64,000 bases of DNA, from positions 2,825 to 66,824 of the forward strand of contig PUMP01000048.1 in the NCBI GenBank assembly GCA_003551425.1. The letters run 5' to 3'. The translations under genes and the position numbers were made by a program. This stretch comes from Candidatus Nealsonbacteria bacterium (GTDB lineage Bacteria > Patescibacteriota > Minisyncoccia > Minisyncoccales > PWPS01). This document shows, piece after piece, positions 1-9,573 of the stretch. The notes beneath the pieces were generated by a model. That model was not told the DNA's origin and made no database searches. It saw nothing but the letters and a program-made list of their open reading frames with translations. The stretch's first letter is position 1, and every line of letters begins with the position of its first letter.

Positions 1-15
1 GATTATAATGATGCG

Positions 16-462
16 ATGCGCATGGGTTATATTTCTAAAAAGAATGATTGCTTTGAAAAACTGGGAAGCAGTCAAAGAAAAAGAATAGCCAACGTTTTGC
101 AAGCGGTGATAAAAGAAAGTGCGGAAAAAGGAAAGGTTTCCTTTGAAGAAAGCGAGATGGCCGAAATATTCAGCAGTGCAAGTAATTTTATGTTTGAAAG
201 AGTTTATGCAGAGGCGGACAAGGATATTGACTTTTCAATCTTGGAAAAAGCGTATAAGCGAATCGAAGAAAGTGAAATTTTTTCACAGTGTAATCCCGTT
301 ATTGTTTTCGCTTTAACCAATGAAGAAGATATTAACGCTATCGCTTTGTCTTCCAGGGCTATAGAAGACCTAGGTATTAAAGAAATTTTAAAAAATATTG
401 AAGGATTAAGGGTAAATGATTTTACTTCTTTTCCCTTTAAAAGGGAGGATTTCTTAATTTGA
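16..462 (+). CDS. hypothetical protein
   Basis: 148-aa ORF with typical composition and no recognisable motif; the start may lie upstream of the window. Confidence 0.5.
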   Translation: MRMGYISKKNDCFEKLGSSQRKRIANVLQAVIKESAEKGKVSFEESEMAEIFSSASNFMFERVYAEADKDIDFSILEKAYKRIEESEIFSQCNPVIVFALTNEEDINAIALSSRAIEDLGIKEILKNIEGLRVNDFTSFPFKREDFLI

Positions 463-578
463 ACGTTGTAATTAGGCGCTCTGAAGGGGGCGTCTTTTAT
501 TATAATCAGCTTGACTTATTTTTGTTTCTGGATAAGAATACAATAAAAGAAGCTTTATTATTAACTAATAAAAAACAT

Positions 579-2603
579 ATGAAAAAAGCAATATTAAAAA
601 TATTTTTTGTATTTTTTCTCGTATCATCTTTTGCTTTTATAATAACAGATTATGTGGAAGCCGTTCACCCGCCGATAGATTTTACTGTTACGGTAGAAGA
701 AGACTTTACGGTTTCTATTTTTGAAGACGCAGAATATACAACGCAAGCAATGTCAGACCTTATTATTCTAAGCGGAGAGAAAAAAACAAGAAACCCTTCT
801 CCTGGAACTTATTGGTATAAAGCAGTTTCTGAAGAAAATAACACCTATGAGTGTACTGGTGGAAATTTTAGTGCCAGTTTGACGGCTGAAATAGATGAAA
901 GGTTTGTTACTTTTGAGGTGAAAGACAATGAAGGGAATCCAGCCGAAGGAGAACTGATTTATATTTTTAAAGAAGAAGATATGCCAGGACAAGGTGGACC
1001 TCCAACAGAGGAGTTTGGTAGTGGTTACACCGATGAAGATGGAAAATTTGTATTTGAAGAATTTGAAACAGACCAAGTTTATTGGTACGTGATTGCTCCA
1101 AGAGAAAAATATGAGACCAAAGAAGGAAAATTTGAGATAACAAGCGATGATAATTTTAAAATACAAACAGAAGGTCACTTTATTATTAATTCGATTGAGG
1201 AGGTTGAGATTACGATGAAAAAAGATGCCAATATTGTCAGGTCAATAAGATGGGATGGAGAGGATACGGCAGCAGACAAGCATCCTTCTGAGCCTGCCTT
1301 TTATCAATTTTTTCATGAGGACGGAAATCAAGCGAAATTTCAGTTTAAAATAGGAAAATTTGATAGCGATATTAGTGACACAAAGAGAGTTACCGCTGAT
1401 TTCGAGGCTTTTGGGGGGCCAACAAGTGTGGAACCTAACCTTTTTGAAGATAATTATTATTATTTTCTTTGGGATTGGTATGAAGAAGGAGAAGATGTAG
1501 AGCAAGAAGGACCCTTTAATACAGTGCCTATTTATCACTGGGTAAGAGCAGACTCAGCATCAGATTGGCAAATATATAACATTGGCACCTTGCTTGCTTC
1601 CAATTTTAATCCGAGAGAACATATTCCAATACTTGGAGGGGAGGAGTCGGAAACAACGGACTGGTCGGGAGTGCATGAAGAGCATGGCGTAAGTGATGAC
1701 TTTGATTTTACCGCTGCTGAGAATTTAGTTTTTCACAATGTGGGCGTTGGTAAGCTGGAAATTGCTGGGCCCGTTAATCTTACCGAAAGAAAAACGGCAG
1801 AAAGTCTGGCTGGCCTTGCATTCCATCTTAACATTGAAGAAGGTAGAATGTCTTTGGACACGGAAAGATTGTTCGCTTTTGCCGGAGAATATGGAGCGGC
1901 TACTCTAACGATGTATGACATAGATTTTGAAAATGCTCCCAATATTGTATACACCGATCAAGACGGTAATCAACAAGAAGTTGTGACTGCAGGAGAAATT
2001 GTAGATAGTGACGTGATCAGTTCTTTTGACTGGAATGAAAACGAAGGGATCATAGAGTTTTCCGTAACAGGATGGAGTGCTTATGAGGCAGTTGAGTCAA
2101 CTCCTGCACCAACTCCTTCCAGGCGAGGAGGTGGCGCACTTGCTCCTAGAATGAAACCTGAAGTTCCCGAAAAAGAGATTCCCGAAGAGGCAATAGAAAA
2201 AGTAGAAGCTTATAGAGAAAGAGCGGAAAATATAGCTCAAGAAGCAAAAAGAATGAGAGACAATAAAGACAGTTTGGATGGAATGAAAGAGACAGTAATG
2301 ACTTTGCTTGAGATGGATGAGATGGAGCCTCAAAGAGAAACGCTTCTAGCAATGCTTAAAAGAATAGAGGAGCTAAAAGAAAGGGTGGAAGAGAACTTAA
2401 AAGAAAAAGAAGAGAAGTTGGAAGAAGTAAGGAGCAAAAAAGCTCTTGCAGAAAAAAGCGAAAAGATAGAGGAAATAAAAGAAATGATTAGAGATTTTCT
2501 TGATTCTGACGAAGCAGAGGAAGATGAAAAAGAATCTTTTCTTGAGGCATTAGAGGCAGCGGAAAGATTGCAAGGACGTATTCAAAAAATACTTCTTAGG
2601 TAG
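579..2603 (+). CDS. secreted/cell-surface acidic protein with beta-rich domains and C-terminal coiled coil
   Basis: The ATG at 579 opens a signal peptide (MKKAILKIFFVFFLVSSFAFII). Ig/carboxypeptidase-regulatory-like segments follow (VTFEVKDNEGNPAEGELIYI...GYTDEDGKF), then a TPAPTPSRRGGG linker and an E/K-rich helical tail. Confidence 0.7.
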   Translation: MKKAILKIFFVFFLVSSFAFIITDYVEAVHPPIDFTVTVEEDFTVSIFEDAEYTTQAMSDLIILSGEKKTRNPSPGTYWYKAVSEENNTYECTGGNFSASLTAEIDERFVTFEVKDNEGNPAEGELIYIFKEEDMPGQGGPPTEEFGSGYTDEDGKFVFEEFETDQVYWYVIAPREKYETKEGKFEITSDDNFKIQTEGHFIINSIEEVEITMKKDANIVRSIRWDGEDTAADKHPSEPAFYQFFHEDGNQAKFQFKIGKFDSDISDTKRVTADFEAFGGPTSVEPNLFEDNYYYFLWDWYEEGEDVEQEGPFNTVPIYHWVRADSASDWQIYNIGTLLASNFNPREHIPILGGEESETTDWSGVHEEHGVSDDFDFTAAENLVFHNVGVGKLEIAGPVNLTERKTAESLAGLAFHLNIEEGRMSLDTERLFAFAGEYGAATLTMYDIDFENAPNIVYTDQDGNQQEVVTAGEIVDSDVISSFDWNENEGIIEFSVTGWSAYEAVESTPAPTPSRRGGGALAPRMKPEVPEKEIPEEAIEKVEAYRERAENIAQEAKRMRDNKDSLDGMKETVMTLLEMDEMEPQRETLLAMLKRIEELKERVEENLKEKEEKLEEVRSKKALAEKSEKIEEIKEMIRDFLDSDEAEEDEKESFLEALEAAERLQGRIQKILLR

Positions 2604-2680
2604 CCCTTAAGCAGAAAGACTGTGTGCTTTTATTTTCATATTAATGAAATCTCTGGCCGAAATAATTACAATCAAATTTT

Positions 2681-3514
2681 TTATAAAGATTTTGACCGGA
2701 TACTACTGTTGACTACAAAAACAGAAGCTTTGGTTGTGTGATCATAGTGGTGACGGTCATGACTGTGTTCGTGAGAAACTAAGGAAGACAAAAACAACAT
2801 TAGAATTAACCCAAAAAGAAAGGCGGCAATATGAAAAAGAAAGCATTTTTTGCAGCTTAATTCATGAAAAGAGTGGGGGATAAGATCTTGCAGGACAACA
2901 ACCAGAAAAGCTCCGGCAGATATTCCAAGAAGAGGTGCCTCTAAGGCGGTAAAAAGAGAAAGGAGAAAGAACCCACCGAGAGACCCGACAAGGATAGTTC
3001 CGGAAACTCCGAAGTTTATAAAAACAGCCCTCTTAATGCTGTAACCGGCCTTTCTTAAAACAAAGAAGATAGATGTTTCTTGCACTAGCTCATGAATGAA
3101 TACACTTACAGTCGTTACTAATCCCAAGTGAAAGTTGGCGGAAAAGGCAGCGACTAAAAGCACTCCATCTCCAATATTATGAATTCCGTTGCCGGTAAGT
3201 ATTTTCCTTACGTCTATATTATTTTTTTCTTTCGCATTATCGTGCCTATGAGAGTGAGGCAAGACATTAAATATTACCCAGATTCCAATAGCTCCAATAA
3301 ATATCCAGAAAAGACCCTCTTCTACTGTATTAGAGTGGGCGACTGCTTCTCTTCCTAATTCATAAGAAACAAAAAGAAACAATCCGGCCGTGAAGCTTAT
3401 AAGTAGACCGAGCCTTCTTTCTATAGCACTGCCAATTGTTTTGAAGAAAGACAGTGCTCCGCCAAAAGCGGCTAACATTACGACAATTGAAGCAATAAGT
3501 ATCTCTAAAAACAC
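2681..3514 (-). CDS. ZIP family metal (zinc) transporter
   Basis: Multiple TM helices, His-rich loop HSHRHD, motifs IHNIGDG and IHELVQE. Confidence 0.88.
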   Translation of the reverse strand: MFLEILIASIVVMLAAFGGALSFFKTIGSAIERRLGLLISFTAGLFLFVSYELGREAVAHSNTVEEGLFWIFIGAIGIWVIFNVLPHSHRHDNAKEKNNIDVRKILTGNGIHNIGDGVLLVAAFSANFHLGLVTTVSVFIHELVQETSIFFVLRKAGYSIKRAVFINFGVSGTILVGSLGGFFLLSLFTALEAPLLGISAGAFLVVVLQDLIPHSFHELSCKKCFLFHIAAFLFGLILMLFLSSLVSHEHSHDRHHYDHTTKASVFVVNSSIRSKSL

Positions 3515-3647
3515 AATAACCTTATTTTAAGTTCTTTTTTCTTTTTTTCAAGCAAAAGCAAAGATTGACAAAAGTACTATTTCAGATAATCTATTAATAG
3601 GAGAAGATAGGGGAGTTAGCTTCCCGGTTTTTATGTCTTAATTATTC

Positions 3648-4145
3648 ATGAGAAAGAAAATACTTTTAATACTTTTTGTAACGGGACTCTCTTTCTTCTT
3701 TATCTTTCAAAGAGATAATCAAGACTATCCGGAAGAAGAGAAGGAAAATTCGAAAGAAGAAATTATTCTTGAAGAAGAGGAAGAGGTTGAAGAAAAGATA
3801 AGGGAAGAAGATACTATAGAAAAAGAAAACGATACTGCCGATGAGAAAGAGCCGGATGATGTTGTTGTCAAGGAAGAAAATGATTTTATATCTTGCTTGG
3901 AAAATAAAGGGGTGGTAATTTATGGTTATGCGTGGTGTCCTGCTTGTAAGCAGCTGGTAGAACATTTAGGAGGATATGATATAGTTGAGCCTATTTATGT
4001 GGAGTGCACGCAAGAGGAAGACAGATGCAGAGAAGAGATGATAGGGATGGATGTTCCTGAAATTCAGATTCAGGGTGAGATTTATAAGGGTTCAAGAAAC
4101 ATTGAAAAAATAGCCGAAAAAACAAGCTGTAAAGATTATTATTAA
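3648..4145 (+). CDS. membrane-anchored thioredoxin/glutaredoxin-like protein
   Basis: N-terminal TM, acidic linker, YGYAWCPAC CxxC motif, YVEC...C and VP cis-Pro segment. Confidence 0.75.
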   Translation: MRKKILLILFVTGLSFFFIFQRDNQDYPEEEKENSKEEIILEEEEEVEEKIREEDTIEKENDTADEKEPDDVVVKEENDFISCLENKGVVIYGYAWCPACKQLVEHLGGYDIVEPIYVECTQEEDRCREEMIGMDVPEIQIQGEIYKGSRNIEKIAEKTSCKDYY

Positions 4146-4148
4146 ACT

Positions 4149-5285
4149 ATGCGCCAAAAGATACTTAAAATATTTCCTCTCTTCGTAGTATTGTTTCTTG
4201 TCTTTGTTCCTTTTTCTTTTGTGCAAGGAGAAACAGAAGAGAAAGAAGAAATAACAGTATATTTCTTTGAAGACAGACTTTGTCCGGTTTGCCGGGATCA
4301 GAAAGAATTCATGGAGTCTATAAAAGACGATTATCCGCAAATGGAGCTAAAGATTTATCCGATTAGTGATTTTGATAAGCTGGAAGAAGTTGCCGCAATG
4401 CATGGAGTGGAAGATCCGGAAATAATGGCACCAACTACTTTTATTGGTGAAAATTACTTTCAATTTTCTCATTTTACGGAAGATCACAAAGAGAGGATTA
4501 TAAAAGCATTGGAAGGGGAGATAGTGGACGAGGACTGTTGTATGGTGCGTATTCCGGTGCTGAATATGGAGGTGGATATAAGCCAGTGGTCTCTTCCTCT
4601 TATAACGGTAATGCTCGGATCCTTGGATGGATTCAATGTTTGCTCTATCGGTGCGCTTATTTTGATACTTTCTATCGTGCTTGTTTTCAAGTCAAGGAAA
4701 AAGATTTTCTTTTACGGAGGGCTTTTCATTTTCACCACGGTTGCGGTTTATGGAGCTTTGGTGTTTTTATGGGGGCAATTGTTTAGAGCATTGATCGGAC
4801 ACTCCGAAATACTTAGTTATATTGTGGGGGCAGCAGCTTTCTTCGGAGGAGTTTACTTTTTTAAAGAGTTTTACCGTTTTTTCAGATATGGTCCAACCTG
4901 TGAATCTTCAAGCAATAAATTTGCAATTAAAGCAACAAAGAAAGTCCAAGAAGCTTTTGCGGATTCAAAAAGGGGAGCGCTTGCCTTAGCGGGAAGTATT
5001 ATATTTTTTGCTGCAGTGATAACTATTGTTGAGCTGCCGTGTTCCGTAGGAATTCCGATTGCGTTTACGGGGGTCTTAATAGAAGCAGGCGTTTCTCTTA
5101 CTACCTTTATTTCTTATGTTCTTCTTTATCTCTTCTTCTATATGCTTATTGAGATTATTATTTTCACGGGAGCGGTGCTGACAAGAGAGATTTGGATTGC
5201 AAACTCAAGGGCGATTACATGGGTAACTTTGTTTGGTTCTTTAGTATTATTTTATCTGGCTTATTATTATATTTTCGGACTTTAA
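4149..5285 (+). CDS. thioredoxin-like domain fused to CcdA/DsbD-like transmembrane domain
   Basis: Signal/TM, CPVC motif, then TM domain with DGFNVC and ELPC cysteine motifs. Confidence 0.75.
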   Translation: MRQKILKIFPLFVVLFLVFVPFSFVQGETEEKEEITVYFFEDRLCPVCRDQKEFMESIKDDYPQMELKIYPISDFDKLEEVAAMHGVEDPEIMAPTTFIGENYFQFSHFTEDHKERIIKALEGEIVDEDCCMVRIPVLNMEVDISQWSLPLITVMLGSLDGFNVCSIGALILILSIVLVFKSRKKIFFYGGLFIFTTVAVYGALVFLWGQLFRALIGHSEILSYIVGAAAFFGGVYFFKEFYRFFRYGPTCESSSNKFAIKATKKVQEAFADSKRGALALAGSIIFFAAVITIVELPCSVGIPIAFTGVLIEAGVSLTTFISYVLLYLFFYMLIEIIIFTGAVLTREIWIANSRAITWVTLFGSLVLFYLAYYYIFGL

Positions 5286-5342
5286 GATGTTTATGAAAAT
5301 TAAAATGATTTTTAATCCGAGAATATTTCTCGGTTTTTTGTT

Positions 5343-5864
5343 ATGAATAATTGGTATGTTATAACGGGAGCACCTTCTTCAGGAAAAACGACGATTATAA
5401 CTTCTTTGGAAAAGAAGGGTTATAGAGTGGTTCACGAGACCGCTCGTGCTTATATCGACCAGGAGTTGAAAAAGGGGTTTACTATACAAGAAATCCAGAA
5501 AGACAAAAAGTTTTTTCAAGATGAAATAATGAAAATGAAAATAGAAGCGGAGAAAAAATTAAATGTTCGTGATATGATTTTTTTGGACCGGGGGATTCCC
5601 GATACTTGCGCATATTACATGCTGCACGGAATTTCTTTTGACCTGAATTTACGGGAAGTGGCAAGGAGGTGTAGTTATAAAAAAGTCTTTCTTCTTGATA
5701 ATCTCCCGTATAAATCCGATTATGCTAGAGTGGAAGATCAGCAGCAACAAAATAAGCTTTATGAATTCCTTGAAGAAACGTATCAAGGTTTTGGCCTTGA
5801 AATTGTGAAAGTACCGGTATTGCCGGTTAAAGATAGAGTGTGTTTGGTCTTAAATAATTTATAA
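5343..5864 (+). CDS. AAA_28 (NadR/Ttd14-like) P-loop kinase
   Basis: VITGAPSSGKTT Walker A, FLDRGIPD motif, D...R C-terminal motif. Confidence 0.75.
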   Translation: MNNWYVITGAPSSGKTTIITSLEKKGYRVVHETARAYIDQELKKGFTIQEIQKDKKFFQDEIMKMKIEAEKKLNVRDMIFLDRGIPDTCAYYMLHGISFDLNLREVARRCSYKKVFLLDNLPYKSDYARVEDQQQQNKLYEFLEETYQGFGLEIVKVPVLPVKDRVCLVLNNL

Positions 5865-5913
5865 ACATAAATATTGTTAAAAGAAATTAAATAAGATATC
5901 ATTTTGATAGATT

Positions 5914-6612
5914 ATGTCGGTCTTTACGCAGAAAACATTTCTCTTTCTTTCTTTTATAGTAATATTATTAGTGGTAATAATGTTTTTTGTGCTAGGCCAA
6001 GAAAATAATAACAATTATATGGAGAATAATATTAAATTGCCTGAACCTTCCACAGAAGGAGAAGTGTCTCTTGAAGAGGCGATTTCAAAAAGAAGGTCGG
6101 TAAGAAGTTACAAAGAAGAACCGTTAAATATACGGGAATTATCCCAGATTCTTTGGGCCTCTCAAGGAATAACTAACTCTGATCTCAGAGCAGCACCATC
6201 CGCTGGGGCGCTTTATCCTTTATCTATTTATGTTGTTGCCGAGAACGTTGAAAATCTTACTTCGGGAATATATCAGTACTTAGTTCAGGAGCATAGATTA
6301 AAACCCATAAAGAAGGGAAGTTTTAAAGATGAACTTTATCAGAGTGCTTTAAGGCAATCTTCAATCAAAGAAAGCTCTTTGATAGTAATAATTACAGGTG
6401 ACTATGATATTACGGAAAAAGTATACGGAGAGCGGGCTAAAAGGTATGTCCATATGGAGGCCGGACATGTCGGGCAGAATATATATTTACAAGCGGAAAC
6501 CCTTGGCCTTGGTACGGTGGCCATTGGTGCTTTTAACGATGAAGAAATAAAAGAAACAATTGCTCTAGAAAAAGAAGTCCCACTTTATATTTTTCCGATA
6601 GTAAGAAAGTAG
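5914..6612 (+). CDS. SagB/ThcOx family nitroreductase-like dehydrogenase (N-terminal TM)
   Basis: RRSVRSY, RAAPSAGALYP, EAGHVGQNIYLQA motifs. Confidence 0.88.
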   Translation: MSVFTQKTFLFLSFIVILLVVIMFFVLGQENNNNYMENNIKLPEPSTEGEVSLEEAISKRRSVRSYKEEPLNIRELSQILWASQGITNSDLRAAPSAGALYPLSIYVVAENVENLTSGIYQYLVQEHRLKPIKKGSFKDELYQSALRQSSIKESSLIVIITGDYDITEKVYGERAKRYVHMEAGHVGQNIYLQAETLGLGTVAIGAFNDEEIKETIALEKEVPLYIFPIVRK

Positions 6613-6623
6613 TTTTTTAAAAC

Positions 6624-6652
6624 TAAAAACACCGAGCTTGTCGGTGTTTTTA
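6624..6652. terminator. bidirectional intrinsic terminator
   Basis: TAAAAACACCGA-GCTTG-TCGGTGTTTTTA hairpin between convergent genes. Confidence 0.75.
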
Positions 6653-6671
6653 ATTGAATTTCTGTAAGGCT

Positions 6672-6944
6672 TTACTTAACCAAGTTCTTCAAAGCTTGCC
6701 CAGGTTTGAATTTCGGAACTTTTGAAGCAGCAATTTTAATCTTCTCTTTGGTTCTCGGATTAATTCCTTGGCGTGCTTTTCTTTTAGCAACGGAAAAAGT
6801 TCCAAATCCGGTAAGAGTTACATCCTTACCTTTTTTCAGAGATCCACTGATTTCATCTAAGATGGTGTTGAGACTTTCTCTGGCAGCACTCTTGGAAACT
6901 TTCATTTTTTTGGCTAATTTTTCGACAAGTTCTTCTTTTTTCAT
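6672..6944 (-). CDS. hup: DNA-binding protein HU
   Basis: GFGTF, RKARQGINPRT, PKFKPG signature. Confidence 0.95.
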   Translation of the reverse strand: MKKEELVEKLAKKMKVSKSAARESLNTILDEISGSLKKGKDVTLTGFGTFSVAKRKARQGINPRTKEKIKIAASKVPKFKPGQALKNLVK

Positions 6945-6970
6945 AAATCAATTATTTTATTAAAATTAAT

Positions 6971-6978
6971 CGACCTTT
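6971..6978 (-). promoter_or_regulatory. AAAGGTCG leader motif upstream of HU
   Basis: 10 nt after an extended -10 (TGtTATAAT) and 26 nt before the ATG; the motif recurs before six other genes. Confidence 0.7.
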
Positions 6979-7144
6979 ATGTTGCCTTATTATAACAACG
7001 TTTCTTATTCTTTTTCAATACTTTTAAAATATCACTTTTTTATTATCATATCAAGCAATTGCATTCATCTTGTAAAGCTCATTGCTTGATAACGTGCTTA
7101 TGTTATGATTATCTAATAATAATTGTCAAAAAATTATAGAGTAA

Positions 7145-9163
7145 ATGCTTGAATTCACCTCCTTTTTCATTGTCATCATTACAGCGCTTGTTTTTTCGCA
7201 AGTTTTCGGACGTTTTCACGTTCCTTGGATAATTGCCCTTATTGTAGGAGGAATGATAGTGGGTCCGCACGGTTTTGATATTGTAACTCCCGATATCACC
7301 TTGGAGTTTTTTAAGAATTTGGGACTCGTTTTTTTGATGTTTATGGCCGGGCTTCATATACGTTTTTCCGGCATGAAGCTTGTCTTGAAAGAATCTTTTT
7401 TGATTGCTGGCATGGCGGGAGCTATTTCTTTTGTGACCGGAACAGGGGTAGGGCTTTTACTTGGCTACGATATAGCGGTTTCCATCTTGCTTGGAATAAT
7501 CTTTATCTCTTCATCTATCGCCGTTCTTATCCCTTTTCTTGAAAAGAGAGGTCTTATTCATTCACGCCTTGGGCGTACGGTGGTTTCGGCGATCATGATT
7601 CAAGATATTGTGAGCTTGATCTTTCTTGCCATAGCCTTGCAGTATCTTTTTGCTACTACGGCCCTTCCCTTACCTCTGTTTCTTCTTATCTTCATAATCA
7701 CTCTCTTTGTAATAGGAATTGTAAAGTGGGGGATTCCTCACCTGAAAAAAAGCCTTTATCATCCGGAAGAAAAGCAGGGCGATGTCTTTGAAAAAGATCT
7801 TCGTCTTGTTTTTGCTGTTTTAGTGGGAATGGTACTTATTTCAGAAGCACTAGGACTACACTCTATCATCGGTGCTTTCTTTGCCGGGATTGTTTTGTCG
7901 GAGGCTATTACGGGAACAACCTTAAAGGAGAAGATACATGTTTTGGCTTATGGGCTTTTTATCCCCATTTTCTTCGTTGTGCTTGGGATGCAAACCAATC
8001 CAATGATCTTTTTGGAGGCAAGAGAGGGGATTGTGCTGCTTCTTGTAATTGTTTCAGCATCTATGGTCTCTAAATTTGCGGGAGGATGGATTTCTTCTCG
8101 TTTAGCTGGCTTTACCAATCTTCAGAGCGTTTTCATAGGGGGAAGCGGAATTCCTCAACTTTCCACCACTCTTGCGGTAGTTGCGGTTGGGCAACACCTT
8201 AATATTATTGGAGATGAATTAATAACGGCACTTATTTTTCTAAGCATTATTACGACCTTTGTGGGACCTTCTTTGTCCGGGTATATCTTCGGAAAGGCCA
8301 AAAAAGAGCATCTTATGGAAAACTATAAGATGTACTTTTCGCCTCGTATCTCCAGAGAGTTTGCCAGACAAGAGCAAAACGAAAAGAATTTCCAGGTAGC
8401 GGAAATTATCGACAGAATAGTTATGAAAGAGATAGAGAATATTTCTGCTCCGCTTTATGTTGCCGAGCTTGGCGGAGGAGCACACCCTGACAGATATCAC
8501 AATCTCTTCAACAGACTTCTTAAAGAAAAAAGAAGCTATATTGATTGGGTGGATGCATCTTCGGAGATGCTAAAGCTTGCTAAAGAGTATATCTCTAACC
8601 CGGACTATGAAGAACGTAAAAGTGTTCTTTCCTTTAAAAATAAGGAAATAACAGAGTATTTATATGATCTTGAAGACGAAACTCTTGATGTTGCGATAAT
8701 GAAATATGTGATTGATCACATGAAAGATTTAGATGAACTTTTTTCCCTTCTTTCATCAAAGCTTAAAAGAGAGGGTAAGTTTATCGCTACAATTAATACG
8801 AATCCGGAATTAAAAAGTATTTCTACAAATGCTCGCTATCTTTATCAAGGTGAAGAATTTCCAGAGAACGAGACCAAAACACTTAAAGATGGAGATGTTG
8901 TTACAGTTAAGTTTTTTAAAGAATCCGGGAATCCGGAGTCCGGATACATTGAAGGTTCGGAAATATTGAGATATTTCCACTCTGCAGAAAAGATAAAAGA
9001 ATTGGCATCTCGGCATAATTTTGACATTTTCCTTGGTGATTGGAGAGAAATTGTCCCTGAAGAGAAAGAAGAAAATATTTTTGAAACGAGTCAAGAAGTC
9101 TTAATTTTAACAAATAAAAAAAACGAAAAAGATAATTTTAGCCACAACCTCCCCTTATCGTAA
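7145..9163 (+). CDS. CPA2 cation:proton antiporter fused to a class I SAM-dependent methyltransferase-like domain
   Basis: Residues ~1-385 are a Kef-type TM domain (LMFMAGL, IQDIV, GAFFAG, FIPIFFVVLG). The C-terminal part has VAELGGG, WVDASSEMLKLA and LKREGKFI methyltransferase motifs. Confidence 0.8.
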   Translation: MLEFTSFFIVIITALVFSQVFGRFHVPWIIALIVGGMIVGPHGFDIVTPDITLEFFKNLGLVFLMFMAGLHIRFSGMKLVLKESFLIAGMAGAISFVTGTGVGLLLGYDIAVSILLGIIFISSSIAVLIPFLEKRGLIHSRLGRTVVSAIMIQDIVSLIFLAIALQYLFATTALPLPLFLLIFIITLFVIGIVKWGIPHLKKSLYHPEEKQGDVFEKDLRLVFAVLVGMVLISEALGLHSIIGAFFAGIVLSEAITGTTLKEKIHVLAYGLFIPIFFVVLGMQTNPMIFLEAREGIVLLLVIVSASMVSKFAGGWISSRLAGFTNLQSVFIGGSGIPQLSTTLAVVAVGQHLNIIGDELITALIFLSIITTFVGPSLSGYIFGKAKKEHLMENYKMYFSPRISREFARQEQNEKNFQVAEIIDRIVMKEIENISAPLYVAELGGGAHPDRYHNLFNRLLKEKRSYIDWVDASSEMLKLAKEYISNPDYEERKSVLSFKNKEITEYLYDLEDETLDVAIMKYVIDHMKDLDELFSLLSSKLKREGKFIATINTNPELKSISTNARYLYQGEEFPENETKTLKDGDVVTVKFFKESGNPESGYIEGSEILRYFHSAEKIKELASRHNFDIFLGDWREIVPEEKEENIFETSQEVLILTNKKNEKDNFSHNLPLS

Positions 9164-9363
9164 AAAAATATTTGCTTCCTATGCCTTTTGAGACGAAAGG
9201 AAGTAACAAAGCCCGGAAGAACCGGTCAAAGAGTTGGCGAAATTAAAGGTAGAAGCGACATAGTGACAATATTGTTATCGGCTTTGATTCTGTTGGACTT
9301 TCTAAGGGAAAAATATTAGAAAAACCGAGATCAAAGAAAGAAGCCTTTAAGAGATTGCAATAA
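9123..9363 (+). pseudogene. maf: decayed Maf-family NTP pyrophosphatase gene
   Basis: Read across frameshifts it gives KIILATTSPYRKKIFAS / PFETKGSN / PEEPVKELAKLKVEA / HSDNIVIGFDSVGLSKGKILEKPRSKKEAFKRLQ*, colinear with the intact Maf at 48272. The start codon reads ACG and there are several deletions. Confidence 0.85.
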
Positions 9364-9415
9364 GAGCTTTACTTTTTAATGATAGTTATTATAATAAAAA
9401 AAGGAGGTGTGAAAA

Positions 9416-9514
9416 ATGAAGTTCTTTGGAATATTGTTTGTCGTGCTCATTATAGTGTGTGGTATAATCTCCATTTTGGGAGCAACAGGGCTCTTGAAGC
9501 CTTTGCTGTTCTAA
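9416..9514 (+). CDS. small single-TM membrane peptide (32 aa)
   Basis: AGGAGGTG SD, ORF MKFFGILFVVLIIVCGIISILGATGLLKPLLF, upstream TATAAT, downstream GAGGGAAGA/TCTTCCCTC hairpin. Confidence 0.65.
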   Translation: MKFFGILFVVLIIVCGIISILGATGLLKPLLF

Positions 9515-9573
9515 AGAGAGGGAAGATTCATTCTTCCCTCTTAAGCTTTTCTAAGCACCAAAATGACATTGAC

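Noticed and set aside
459-578. N-terminal extension of the 714-aa ORF from TTG at 459
   Set aside because: The signal peptide starts at ATG 579, and the upstream stretch contains terminator- and promoter-like sequence.
7050-7090. Inverted repeat ATCAAGCAAT...ATTGCTTGAT between hup and the antiporter
   Set aside because: Single occurrence with a long spacer; I cannot assign it as an operator or RNA structure from sequence alone.
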